DNA of 60,200 bases from a virus. Its lineage: Duplodnaviria; Caudoviricetes. Each line of letters begins with the position of its first letter. The first letter of the stretch is position 1. The notes under the pieces were generated by a model. It searched no databases. It saw nothing but the letters and a program-made list of their open reading frames with translations, and had not been told where the DNA came from. Location: positions 1 through 60,200 of IMG/VR virus record IMGVR_UViG_3300044701_002545. One strand, 5' to 3'. A program made the position numbers and the translations under genes. Below are positions 45,701 to 54,353 of the stretch, in pieces.

Positions 45701-47170
45701 GTTCAAGGAGATTTTGCAACTGGAGCAGGTGGAACAATTTTCTACACTAATAGTGTTGGAGTTAATACAGAACTTAATTATTCTGTTGGTGGTGGTGTTA
45801 TTATTCAATCTCCAATAGTAACAGTATCAGATGGATTGCACATAAAAGTCAATCACAAAAATCATGGAATGTATTCCGATGAGAATTACGTTACAATTTC
45901 TGGTGCTATGCCAGATTCGAAGCCAACTACAATAACTACAGAATATAGATCAGACTCTACTGCACCAATTTCTATAGTACTTGGATCAACATTCTCAACA
46001 TTCGAAAATGTTGGGGTTGGAACAACGAATCCTGGTTATATTTTGATTGGTGATGAGGTCATTTCTTATACATCATCCTCAACAAATACCATTGGTGGAA
46101 CTATAACTAGAGGTTCAAATCCAAAAACATATCCAGCAGGTACTCCAGTTTACAAATATGAACTCAATAGTGTATCTCTAAGAAGAATCAATAAAACACA
46201 CAATCTTGACGATGTTACTGTGTCAGATCCAATTACATTTGATTCTTATCATATTAAATTGGATATGTCTTCAGACGGTGTTGATAGAAGTGTAGGTACT
46301 TCTGTTCCCAAACTTTATACAGGTAGAACAAAAACTACTGGTGGTTATCTCATAAAAGCAACTCAAAATATGCCTTATGAAGTAGTAACACCAATGGTTC
46401 ATAATTTAACACTCAGAGAAACTAATTTGAGTGCAACAATGAGAACTGTGACTGGAAAGAGTTTAAGTGGAACAGAATCTCCATTTGTTGACAATGGTGT
46501 TGAAGCAGTGTCCTTGAATAATGCAAATTATCTGAACACTCCAAGAATTATTTGCTCAAAGATTAACGAAACTCAAAAGTTACAAAATATCAAAGGAAAT
46601 AAGTCCTTTAATATGTCTTTGAGACTTGAAACATCGAACAGCAAACTTTCGCCTGTGATAGATGCACAAAGAGTTTCTCTAGTTTTAACTTCAAATAGAG
46701 TAAACGATGTCATCACAAATTATGCTACAGATAATAGAGTGAATGGTGTTTTTGAAGATCCTACAGCATGTCAATATATTTCTAAGGAAATTGTCTTAGA
46801 AAACTCAGCAACCTCTATTAAGGTTCTTGCTGCAGCCCACATCAACAACTATAGTGATATAAGAGTATTCTATTCTATTAGCGAAAATCCAAACTTTGAT
46901 CCTATTTTCATACCATTCCCAGGATATAATAATTTAAATGCAAATAATCAAGTTATAGATTTAAGCAACAGTGATGGAAGATCTGACAGAAAAATTGAAA
47001 AGTCAAATGTAATCGAATTCTCACAATCAAAACTAGATTATAAAGATTATGAATTTACTGTAGATGGTCTTCCTGCATTTAGAGCATGTAGAGTTAAAAT
47101 TGTACTAACGTCCACAAGTCAAGTTTATGTTCCTAGACTTAGAGACTTGAGAATCATAACTCTTGCATGA
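39701..47170 (+). CDS. VrlC-like (DUF4815-type) large virion structural protein
   Basis: NLNVAPYFDDF...VLFKPG..VQARELT; ARRTYEESGDY; LEYYT.LSLLE; DPLAQSF. Confidence 0.85.
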   Translation: MAQQTNLNVAPYFDDFNPDSDYHRVLFKPGYAVQARELTTLQSILQNQIERFGQHFFKEGAKVIPGNTSYNQLYYAVQVQNLYLGVPVDAYVNQLIGTTITGQTSGVTAYVDNVITSSQSIRSTTTLYVSYISSSTANNSSQTFFDNEPLTCNIDISSGLLGNTTIPAGTPFASTLASSATATGCSFSIQEGIYFIRGQFVNVNKETLILDQYNNKPNYRVGLNISEQIINSDIDETLTDNSQGFNNYSAPGADRLRISVSLFKKSLDDFNDNNFIELATIENGTIRTVVQGTQYNEFANELARRTYEESGDYYVKPFKVALKESLNNGMGNEGIYNSGQFTANGSIPSENLAVCQISPGKAYVRGYELKTTSSTFLDLQKPRTTKTLENQAINYKTGPTLRLNRANGAPVIGVGNTYVLSLRDSRIGVTSFTAAGKEIGVARVYDYRLESGSYNSLSDLNEWNISLYDIQTTTEITINEPTSFSVPTFIKGKNSGATAFIKDAVVAGIAVTVYETKGNFVTNEQLIVDGIETGLVSIAVTSYGISDVKSVYGVVGSGSTFNADTIQSTGIVLGQSTISAGSGGISTVTISSIVDLIKVFKPGNLISYSNSSVTSDPIYSKVTNVTTSSLRIEAVTAVSGINSGALPTTATTTTDLSILSTNLADSKDNTLYTQLPKSNISNIDLVDGYLNIRKIYTVSISSNQLSTNVLAGANETFLPFDEERYSLVRSNGKIEVLTADKFAFINGGTELQIYNLGSNDTGAKLITTLKKLNPKAKIKRKNRVNSIVVDKSKYSGSGIGATTLNDGLTYGNYPYGTRVQDETISLNVPDVMSVLAIYESSGTADPSAPTMILSNINGPTLTTGDLLIGEKITGSTSGAVAVLAEKTSATQISYINKNSNLFQQGETVTFEESGIQAVVTTLGSTSFNIAANYTFSPNQKGTLYDYSFITRKSDSFEPTRKLKIYFDSAYYDSTDDGDITTVNSYSSFDYSTEIKTVDGVRTTDLIDIRPRTSNYTVSENSRSPLEFYGRSFNQSGNSAANVLASDESMIINYSFYLGRIDRIFLTKDGLFQIRYGDPSEKPEKPLVIDDALEIATITLPPYLYNVAQANVRFLDHKRYRMSDIKKIEDRVKNLEYYTTLSLLETNTSNLFIPDENGLNRFKSGFLVDNFTSSLIQESKFGIKNSTDRANRELRPQHYTNSIDLSLGPVVNVNPNEDKEFSTVEGINVRRSNDIITLDYSEIEWLAQTFATRTESVTPFMISFWSGDVTLTPSSDTWVDTARIDSNIIDVEGNYQSTLFSAQETYDLDPQTGFAPTIWDSWQTDWTGVTDVSTSSSTSSWTQNSRDQAWSPGQTTGLPQFGRITETTFFETTSSVTTTTTTEQSRTGTTYYVTESLDQVSLGDNVVSTEIISYMRSRNIEFVSKRVKPNTQLYAFFDGIDVTSYCIPKLLEISMVSGVFQVGETVVGTMPEIGINENLGQTTPTISFRVAQSNHMEGSYDSPTAIFPENPYTNQVLSANYSSTSNILNVDTYSLADQPEGLYSGWVSSGMSLIGQTSGAQATITNVRLVSDLSATLIGSFYVPNPNIDVHPRFETGTKVFTLVNSNINDQNSATTIAESSFVSSGTLETVQENVLSVRNATIESRQEFDTRTLTSSSTSSSSSVSSSSSSRTGIVGWYDPLAQSFFVDDAEGVFLTKCQVYFESKDDENTPVTVQIRTMSNGYPTTTIVPFSEVDLSPSQVNTSSDGSVATTVQFKAPVYLEGGKEYALALVSTSTKYQVFISRVGENDLLTQAYISNQPYLGSLFKSQNASTWEASQWDDLKFKLYRADFLTSGTVEFYNPELSEGNGQIAKLMPDSLSMSAKKIRVGLGTTVQDTGLTLGNTIYQANTNATGDYVGSAGIATGSLRVINAGIGYTPSAGIQTFTGVNLVTITGSGRNAVANVTVNAGSISSASITNGGVGYIVGDVLGITTIGSFNVGSGARLSVSSILATNEIILDNVQGDFATGAGGTIFYTNSVGVNTELNYSVGGGVIIQSPIVTVSDGLHIKVNHKNHGMYSDENYVTISGAMPDSKPTTITTEYRSDSTAPISIVLGSTFSTFENVGVGTTNPGYILIGDEVISYTSSSTNTIGGTITRGSNPKTYPAGTPVYKYELNSVSLRRINKTHNLDDVTVSDPITFDSYHIKLDMSSDGVDRSVGTSVPKLYTGRTKTTGGYLIKATQNMPYEVVTPMVHNLTLRETNLSATMRTVTGKSLSGTESPFVDNGVEAVSLNNANYLNTPRIICSKINETQKLQNIKGNKSFNMSLRLETSNSKLSPVIDAQRVSLVLTSNRVNDVITNYATDNRVNGVFEDPTACQYISKEIVLENSATSIKVLAAAHINNYSDIRVFYSISENPNFDPIFIPFPGYNNLNANNQVIDLSNSDGRSDRKIEKSNVIEFSQSKLDYKDYEFTVDGLPAFRACRVKIVLTSTSQVYVPRLRDLRIITLA

Positions 47171-47177
47171 TTGAACT

Positions 47178-47405
47178 ATGGATTATTTAAAAATAAAAGG
47201 TCATTCTGGATTACTGAGAGATAAAAATTCACATACTATTATCAATACAAACATGAATGACTACAATGAATATATTAAGAAAAGAGACGCCAAACGTGAA
47301 GAGAGTCAAAAGTTACAAAACTTTGAGGAGGATCTTGCTAATATGAAAGATGATATCAATGAAATTAAAAATTTACTGAGGAGTTTGTTGCATGAATCCA
47401 AATGA
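47178..47405 (+). CDS. Small coiled-coil protein
   Basis: 75-aa ORF between the VrlC-like gene and gp13. Confidence 0.75.
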   Translation: MDYLKIKGHSGLLRDKNSHTIINTNMNDYNEYIKKRDAKREESQKLQNFEEDLANMKDDINEIKNLLRSLLHESK

Positions 47406-47571
47406 TATAGAGCTAGAAAATTTAAATAAAAGTTTTGAATACGTCAAATTTTGTGGTGAAATAGAAAAAATTGATAATATCGAAGATATAAAAAATATTG
47501 CAAAGTGTTACTTCAAATTGTATTTAAAACAACAGGAAGTTTTTTCATCTTTGGTTAGCACTCAACCATAA
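47392..47571 (+). CDS. Small helical protein, 59 aa, weakly NblA-like
   Basis: Hand-read MNPNDIELENLNKSFEYVKF...KLYLKQQEV; GAGGAG Shine-Dalgarno upstream. Confidence 0.6.
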   Translation: MNPNDIELENLNKSFEYVKFCGEIEKIDNIEDIKNIAKCYFKLYLKQQEVFSSLVSTQP

Positions 47572-47595
47572 ATAAGTTTAAGAGGTAATAAGTAA

Positions 47596-48441
47596 ATGGC
47601 ACAACCATCTACAAGACAGGAACTAATTGATTATTGTAAAAGAAGACTTGGTGCGCCAGTCTTAGAGATAAACGTTGCTGATGAGCAAATAGAAGATCTT
47701 GTAGATGATGCCATACAATTTTTTCAAGAAAGACATTTTGATGGTGTCTATAATGCGTTTTACAAATATAAATTAACTCAAGCAGATATTGATAGGGGAA
47801 GGGCTAGAGGAGCAGATTCTGTTGCAGGAATAGCAACTACTTCTGTTACAACATCAATAGTTGGAACTGCAACTACTTTTACTTATGAAGAGAATAGTAA
47901 TTACTTGCAAATTCCATCATCTGTTATAGGAGTCACTAAAATATTTTTGTTTGATAGTGCCAACACAATTACAAACAATATGTTTAGTGTTAAATATCAG
48001 TTGTTTTTGAATGATATTTATTATTGGGGAAGTACAGAACTTCTTTCTTATGCAATGGTAAAAACTTATTTGGAAGATTTGGACTTCCTTCTAAATACAC
48101 AAAAACAAATTAGATTCAATAAGAGACAAGATAGATTATATCTAGATATTGATTGGGGGTCAGTAAGTCCTGGTCAGTATATAATTATAGATTGTTTTGC
48201 AACTTTAAATCCAAGTGAATATTCTCGTGTTTGGAATGATTCTTTTATCAAACCATACCTAACAGCTCTCATAAAGAGACAGTGGGGTCAAAATATGATG
48301 AAGTTTACTGGAGTAAAACTACCTGGTGGGGTAGAACTCAATGGTAGACAAATGTATGATGATGCTCAGAGAGAAATTGACCTCATAATGGAAAAAATGT
48401 CCAATACTTATGAGTTACCACCTCTTGATATGATAGGGTAA
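47596..48441 (+). CDS. gp13: Neck protein gp13
   Basis: ELIDYCKRRLGAPVLEINV...KRQWGQN..KF.G..LPGGV..NG. Confidence 0.95.
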   Translation: MAQPSTRQELIDYCKRRLGAPVLEINVADEQIEDLVDDAIQFFQERHFDGVYNAFYKYKLTQADIDRGRARGADSVAGIATTSVTTSIVGTATTFTYEENSNYLQIPSSVIGVTKIFLFDSANTITNNMFSVKYQLFLNDIYYWGSTELLSYAMVKTYLEDLDFLLNTQKQIRFNKRQDRLYLDIDWGSVSPGQYIIIDCFATLNPSEYSRVWNDSFIKPYLTALIKRQWGQNMMKFTGVKLPGGVELNGRQMYDDAQREIDLIMEKMSNTYELPPLDMIG

Positions 48442-48446
48442 TATAC

Positions 48447-51008
48447 ATGTTAAATCCTTTTTTCCTTCAAGGGTCAGCAGGCGAACAAGGTCTTATTCAA
48501 GACTTAATAAACGAACAGCTTCGCATGTATGGAACTGATGTTTATTATTTGCCCAGAAAATACATAACCGAAAAAACGGTTATGAGAGAAGTTATAGAAT
48601 CTTTGTTTGATTATGCTTATCCAATAGAGGCTTATATTAATAGTTTTGATGGTTATTCTGACAACCCCACTATTCTATCAAAATTTGGTATTCAGGCATT
48701 GAATGAAATAGTTTTAACAATTTCTAGAGAAAGATTTCAAAATTATATTTCACCTCTTATCAAAAATCAACCAAATGTAAAACTTTCTAGTAGACCTAAG
48801 GAAGGGGATTTAGTTTATTTTCCTTTAGGTGATAGATTGTTTGAAATTAAATATGTTGAACATGAAAAACCATTTTATCAATTAAACACCAACTATACAT
48901 ATGAACTTAGATGTGAATTGTTTAGATATGAAGATGAAGTTATCGATACTGGAATTGATCAAATAGATGATGAAAATGCTGGTGTTGGAATTGGTTCTGA
49001 GTTGTTTAGTGGTGTAGGCATAACACAAACACTAACTCTTACAGGAGTGGGATCGACTGCACGAGCAGTAACGTCTATTGTAAATGGTGCTATACGATTT
49101 ATTTCAGTTACAAACAGAGGTGGGGGATATACATCAACACCGACAGTCGCAATATCTTCTGCTCCAAGTGGTGGTTTAACTGGTGTAGCTACAGCATTAA
49201 TGATTGGTGGAATAGTTGTATGCAATGATAATATAAATCCACAAGCAAAATCTGTTCAATCAGTGCAAATAATTAATCCTGGATATGGATATACTGTTGC
49301 TCCAGGAATTAAATTTATTGGTGGAAAAGGATCGGGTGCAGCTGCTATCGCAGGAATAGGAACTACTGGTAGTGTTGGAATTGTTACTTTAACTTCTGTT
49401 GGTTCTGGATATACATCAACACCAACAGTTACGTTTAGTGCTCCAAAACATGTTGGTGCTGCAGCAACTGCCACGCTTGATTATCCTATAGTTGGTGGTG
49501 GAGTAAGTGTTGTATCTGCAACTATAAGTATAGGTGCATCTTCATTCCTATTCCCTGGAGGGACAACCGGCGGTGTATTCTATAAAACTGCGCCAACTGT
49601 TACTTTCTCGCTACCACCAGGATCTGCCAGTGCGGCCGCTGCAACAGCAACACTTTCCAACTATAATCAAACTGGAGGTACAGTACAATCTGTTGCAATT
49701 ACAACTGGAGGAAAGTTCTATACCAGTGCTCCAACAGTAACTATATCTCATCCTGGAACTAGTTTTGCTGCAGCAACAATAGACATTGGTGGTGGGATAG
49801 ATGGATCTTCGATTAATCCAGCTTCAATTGCATTTAGCACAACGGGAAGAGCATACACTACTGCACCTATTGTTGCTATTAGCACGGGAGGTATATATGG
49901 AAATGTTGCACCAACAATAGTTGCTGTTGGAATTGCAACAATAGATCCAATCACTGGAATTGTAACAGCCGTAGGATTCTCAACCGCAGATCCTTGGTGT
50001 GTAGGAACTGGAGCAACAGTTGGTTCTGGATATACTGTTCCACCAAATATAACCTTCTCAGGAAGTCCCTCACCAGTACAAGCAACTGCAACAGCAACAA
50101 TATCTATTGCCGGTACAGTTAATACTCTTTCTATTGGAAATAGTGGCTTTGGTTATGTGTCAACACCAATAGTAACAATTTCAGCGCCTGTAGGAGGAAC
50201 TGAAGGATTTAGAGCTCTTGGAATAGCAACTATCAGATTCAATTCCGTTTCATCATCGGGTACTTTGGGAATAGGATCAACTCAAATTAGTGGAATCAAT
50301 ACAACAAACATTGTGGTTGGTGATCGAGTAAGACTTGGAGTTGGTTACAGTGATCTTTACAATTTTATACCCGACAACACATTCGTAACTTCAATTGGAT
50401 CAAGCACAGTATTCATCAATAATGCAGCAACAAATGTTGGAATTGCAACATCTGTATTTGAATTTGGAATTGATAAATGCGGTATTGTGACTGGAATAGC
50501 AGTTACATATGGTGGTGGTGGATATTTACATCCACCGACAGTAACGATTTCAAACAATGTATCTGAGAAGAACTATGTCGAAATAATACCAGGAATATCA
50601 ACAGCAATTGGAATAGCATCGGTCAATTCTTCAGGAAATATTTCTGCAATCAATGTAATTGATTCGGGATATGGATACATTCTCAATCCAGAAATTACAA
50701 TATCAAATCCATCTTTAGTTGGTGTTGGAACGTATCAGTTTAACGAAATAATAACAGGAAGTATAAGTGGAGTAACTGCTAGAGTGAGATCCTGGAACGC
50801 CACTACAAATAAACTTGAGATTTCGAATGTCACAGGTTCATTTATTGCAGGAGAATCAATTGTTGGATCAGCATCTTCAGCATCATATGCTTTACTTTCA
50901 ACAAATGAAAATAACATAAACGATGGATATACGGATAATGAAAACATAGAGATTGAAGCTGATGATATTATCGATTTCAGCGAAAAAAATCCTTTTGGAA
51001 TGCCCTAA
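48447..51008 (+). CDS. gp14: Neck protein gp14 with large repetitive insertion
   Basis: EQ.LI.DLINEQLRMYG..VYYLPR...PKEGDLVYFP...FYQL; C-terminal DFSEKNPFG. Confidence 0.9.
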   Translation: MLNPFFLQGSAGEQGLIQDLINEQLRMYGTDVYYLPRKYITEKTVMREVIESLFDYAYPIEAYINSFDGYSDNPTILSKFGIQALNEIVLTISRERFQNYISPLIKNQPNVKLSSRPKEGDLVYFPLGDRLFEIKYVEHEKPFYQLNTNYTYELRCELFRYEDEVIDTGIDQIDDENAGVGIGSELFSGVGITQTLTLTGVGSTARAVTSIVNGAIRFISVTNRGGGYTSTPTVAISSAPSGGLTGVATALMIGGIVVCNDNINPQAKSVQSVQIINPGYGYTVAPGIKFIGGKGSGAAAIAGIGTTGSVGIVTLTSVGSGYTSTPTVTFSAPKHVGAAATATLDYPIVGGGVSVVSATISIGASSFLFPGGTTGGVFYKTAPTVTFSLPPGSASAAAATATLSNYNQTGGTVQSVAITTGGKFYTSAPTVTISHPGTSFAAATIDIGGGIDGSSINPASIAFSTTGRAYTTAPIVAISTGGIYGNVAPTIVAVGIATIDPITGIVTAVGFSTADPWCVGTGATVGSGYTVPPNITFSGSPSPVQATATATISIAGTVNTLSIGNSGFGYVSTPIVTISAPVGGTEGFRALGIATIRFNSVSSSGTLGIGSTQISGINTTNIVVGDRVRLGVGYSDLYNFIPDNTFVTSIGSSTVFINNAATNVGIATSVFEFGIDKCGIVTGIAVTYGGGGYLHPPTVTISNNVSEKNYVEIIPGISTAIGIASVNSSGNISAINVIDSGYGYILNPEITISNPSLVGVGTYQFNEIITGSISGVTARVRSWNATTNKLEISNVTGSFIAGESIVGSASSASYALLSTNENNINDGYTDNENIEIEADDIIDFSEKNPFGMP

Positions 51009-51033
51009 ATAGATTTTAATAAAAGTAATTAAA

Positions 51034-52035
51034 ATGTTTGAGTATTTTTACAACGAAATTCTTAGAAAAACCGTTATATCATTTGGTTCTTTATTCAATG
51101 ATATAAAAATAAAGCATACAAATTCTTCGGATCAAGTTGTTAGTGTCATAAAAGTGCCACTTGCGTATGGCCCAACGCAAAAATTTCTTGCGAGAATAGA
51201 ACAGTCTCCAGACTTAAATAAACCCGTTCAAATTACATTACCAAGAATGTCTTTTGAATTTACAGGTTTAACTTATGATGCATCAAGAAAATCTACAACA
51301 ACTCAAACATTTACTGTAAAGGATTCGACTGATGGTTCAATAACCAAAAAAGCATATTTGCCTGTTCCGTATAATATGCAATTTGAGTTATCGATCATGG
51401 CAAAATTGAATGACGATGCTTTACAAATTGTTGAGCAAATTTTACCTTACTTTCAACCAGCATATACATTATCAGTTAATTTAGTTGAAGAATTAAATGA
51501 AAAGAGAGATATACCTGTAATATTAGAAAATATTACGATGCAGGATGATTATGAAGGAAACTTTACGACCAGAAGAGTTCTATTATACACACTAAGATTT
51601 ACTGCTAAGATTTATCTTTTTGGACCTATTTCTACAGCAACCAAAGATATTATCAAGAAGACCACAATCAGTTATATTACTGGAGATTCTACTATTACAC
51701 CAACAAGGGAAGTTGTATATTCTGCAGAACCAAGAGCTATAAAAAATTATACAGGAACAGTTTTAACAGTTCTAGCTAAAGATATTACAACTACAGATAT
51801 TCTTGTTGAAGTTGATGATGCATCTTCAATTTCTGCAAACACCTATTTGGATTTGGAAGGAGAAGAGGTATACGTTAAGTTAGTGTCCGGAAATGTTTTA
51901 ACTGTAGATAGGGGTAGAGACGAAACAACTATTACTTCTCATTTAAGAGGTTCTAGTGTTAAATCAATTACAGCAGCAGATAATTTGCTAATCGAAGACG
52001 GAGATGATTTTGGATTTAGTGGATCGACGTTATGA
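51034..52035 (+). CDS. gp15: Tail sheath stabiliser/terminator gp15
   Basis: YFYNEILRK..I.FG.LFN; VPLAYGP.QKFLAR; LPRMSFE; QILPYFQP. Confidence 0.95.
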   Translation: MFEYFYNEILRKTVISFGSLFNDIKIKHTNSSDQVVSVIKVPLAYGPTQKFLARIEQSPDLNKPVQITLPRMSFEFTGLTYDASRKSTTTQTFTVKDSTDGSITKKAYLPVPYNMQFELSIMAKLNDDALQIVEQILPYFQPAYTLSVNLVEELNEKRDIPVILENITMQDDYEGNFTTRRVLLYTLRFTAKIYLFGPISTATKDIIKKTTISYITGDSTITPTREVVYSAEPRAIKNYTGTVLTVLAKDITTTDILVEVDDASSISANTYLDLEGEEVYVKLVSGNVLTVDRGRDETTITSHLRGSSVKSITAADNLLIEDGDDFGFSGSTL

Positions 52036-52457
52036 AAATGACAAAAAAATTTGATGGATTGGAAGAAGCATTCAATGTAGATACTGAAATAGTACACGTT
52101 GATGAGCAAGAAAAGACAATACAAAAAGCACAGACATCAGTCGATGATGTGAAAAAAGATTATGAATACACTAGAGGGAATTTGTATTCTTTAATTGAAA
52201 AAGGTCAAGAAGCAATAAATGGAATTCTTGAACTAGCACAAGAAAGTGAAATGCCAAGAGCATATGAAGTAGCAGGTCAACTTATTAAAAATGTTGCAGA
52301 TGCGACAGACAAATTAATGGATCTACAGAAGAAATTAAAAGACATTGAAGAAGAGAAACCAAAAGGTCCTACTACAGTAAACAATGCACTTTTTGTTGGT
52401 TCTACTGCAGAATTAGCTAAGCTCTTAAAACAACAAAAACCAGATGAAAACGTTTAA
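52032..52457 (+). CDS. gp16: Terminase small subunit gp16
   Basis: DYEYTR.NLY; PRAYEVAGQLIK; NNALFVGSTAEL. Confidence 0.93.
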   Translation: MKMTKKFDGLEEAFNVDTEIVHVDEQEKTIQKAQTSVDDVKKDYEYTRGNLYSLIEKGQEAINGILELAQESEMPRAYEVAGQLIKNVADATDKLMDLQKKLKDIEEEKPKGPTTVNNALFVGSTAELAKLLKQQKPDENV

Positions 52458-52599
52458 GCAGTTTCAAGAAGAGTGGACTAATAAATATAAAAAGAGTATT
52501 GACTGCTCAAATCCAAAAGGATTTTCTCAACGTGCTCATTGTGCGGGGAGAAAGAAAAGAGCAAAAGGCGAAGAAACTAAATCCAAATCAGTTGAATGA
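52444..52599 (+). CDS. Small basic late protein, 51 aa (MKTFKQFQEEWTNKYKKSIDCSNPKGFSQRAHC...)
   Basis: Hand-read; overlaps the gp16 end; ATGA-coupled to 52596. Confidence 0.7.
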   Translation: MKTFKQFQEEWTNKYKKSIDCSNPKGFSQRAHCAGRKKRAKGEETKSKSVE

Positions 52600-54338
52600 A
52601 GAATCCAAAGTTCTCCCACAAAACACCACATCTAAAGGGGAAACAACATCAGTTAGATCCCAATTTAGATCTCAAACAATTAGTTCATCACGCAGCAGTT
52701 CAATATGTTGATCGTGATGCTGATGGTGATGTGGATGTTTATGACAACCCCAAAAGAAAAACACCAGACGAGAATCCAAAAGATATTAACGTCAGTACTG
52801 GATCCAAAAAACTTCTTGCTAAGCAAAAAGGAGAATTGAAACATACCAAAGTTGGTATGGCATACGAAGGATCATTACATAAATGGTTTAAGTCTTCCAG
52901 TTCTAAAGATGGAAAACCTGGATGGGTAAATGTTGTTACAGGTGGAACATGTGCAAGTGATGAACCTAGAGAAGGAACTCCAAAATGCGTTTCCTCTGCT
53001 AAGAGAGCAAGTATGACGCCAGCAGAGAGACTTTCCGCAGCAAGAAGAAAAAAAGCAGCAGATCCTGGTCAGCAACAAAAATCAGGCGCTGCAAAGCCAA
53101 CTTATGTTTCTACAGATTCACCTAAAGAGAAAATGAAAGAAGAAATTGAAGTAAAAGAAGCAAAAGATAAACCAGGAAAGAGTAGTGGTAAAAAAGATGC
53201 TTGTTATCATAAAGTAAAGTCTCGTTATAGTGTTTGGCCAAGTGCATATGCTTCTGGAGCCTTGGTTAAGTGTCGCAAAGTCGGTGCTGCAAATTGGGGC
53301 ACCAAAACAGAAGAAATGCATATGCATGAAGAGGAAAGATATTGTCCTCTTTGTAAGAAGAGAGAAACTAGATCAGAATGTTCTTATGGGGAAAAGGCGT
53401 GGGATAAAGTTTCTGTGAAAGATGAAGAATACTCTATGGCAAGATCTGAATTGAGTACCATAGTAGATGCTGTAAGAAGACTAAAATCTAAAGTAGAAAA
53501 TGGTGAAGGAAATCTTGAGGCATGGGTTCAATCAAAAATTACCAAGGCAGCAGACTATATTGACACTGCGGCAGATTATGTTATGGGAGGCGAGATGGAT
53601 GAGATGAAGTGTTGGCCTGGTTATGAAAAGAAGGGAACTCAAAAACTTTTTGGAAAGAAGTATAATCGTTGCGTTAAAAAAGAAGACGTAACTATTGAAG
53701 ATGCTGACGGAAATACATTTGCTGAAATTGTTGATGTAATCAAACCAGAACCAATCAAAGGATTTAAATCTCAAGTTGAAGAGGCAACTCGTTTACAATC
53801 ACAAACTGGAAATGTTGTTATGGTTACTCTCTCTTGGAGAGGAAAGTATTACGCACTAAAAATCTTTTTCCCACAAGTGAAGTTGCCAACCCGTAAAGAA
53901 ATCAATGATGAACTTCAAAAAGTTTATCCTGGATCGATGGTAGTTCATCATACAGTATCTGAGATTCAACCTGGCCAACCACTAGTTCAATCCATCGGTC
54001 CTCAGGGAGGTAGTTTTGCATCTCCAGGACCATCTAAAAAATACGTTAAACCATATGGAGAACAGGTAGAATTCAATGAAGATTGGCAAAAAGTAAATCG
54101 TCAAGATAAAACAGATGGATTGAGTCCTGCTGCAGTTAAAGCCTATAGACGCGAAAATCCAGGTTCAAAACTTCAAACTGCCGTAACTGAAAAGAATCCA
54201 GAAGGCAAAAGAGCAAAGCGTCGTTCTTCATTCTGCAGACGTATGAAGGGAATGAAATCAAAACTTACCTCAGCAGAAACTGCAAGAGATCCAGATTCAA
54301 GAATCAACAAAGCACTTCGTCGTTGGAATTGTAACTGA
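52596..54338 (+). CDS. Modular basic protein between the terminase genes (possible internal head polyprotein)
   Basis: 580 aa of short basic, Cys-containing modules separated by acidic linkers. Confidence 0.75.
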   Translation: MKNPKFSHKTPHLKGKQHQLDPNLDLKQLVHHAAVQYVDRDADGDVDVYDNPKRKTPDENPKDINVSTGSKKLLAKQKGELKHTKVGMAYEGSLHKWFKSSSSKDGKPGWVNVVTGGTCASDEPREGTPKCVSSAKRASMTPAERLSAARRKKAADPGQQQKSGAAKPTYVSTDSPKEKMKEEIEVKEAKDKPGKSSGKKDACYHKVKSRYSVWPSAYASGALVKCRKVGAANWGTKTEEMHMHEEERYCPLCKKRETRSECSYGEKAWDKVSVKDEEYSMARSELSTIVDAVRRLKSKVENGEGNLEAWVQSKITKAADYIDTAADYVMGGEMDEMKCWPGYEKKGTQKLFGKKYNRCVKKEDVTIEDADGNTFAEIVDVIKPEPIKGFKSQVEEATRLQSQTGNVVMVTLSWRGKYYALKIFFPQVKLPTRKEINDELQKVYPGSMVVHHTVSEIQPGQPLVQSIGPQGGSFASPGPSKKYVKPYGEQVEFNEDWQKVNRQDKTDGLSPAAVKAYRRENPGSKLQTAVTEKNPEGKRAKRRSSFCRRMKGMKSKLTSAETARDPDSRINKALRRWNCN

Positions 54339-54353
54339 TAGGTAGGTTTTGTT

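Noticed and set aside
52499-52711. Track ORF of 70 aa
   Set aside because: It overlaps the better-supported coupled ORFs 52444..52599 and 52596..54338.
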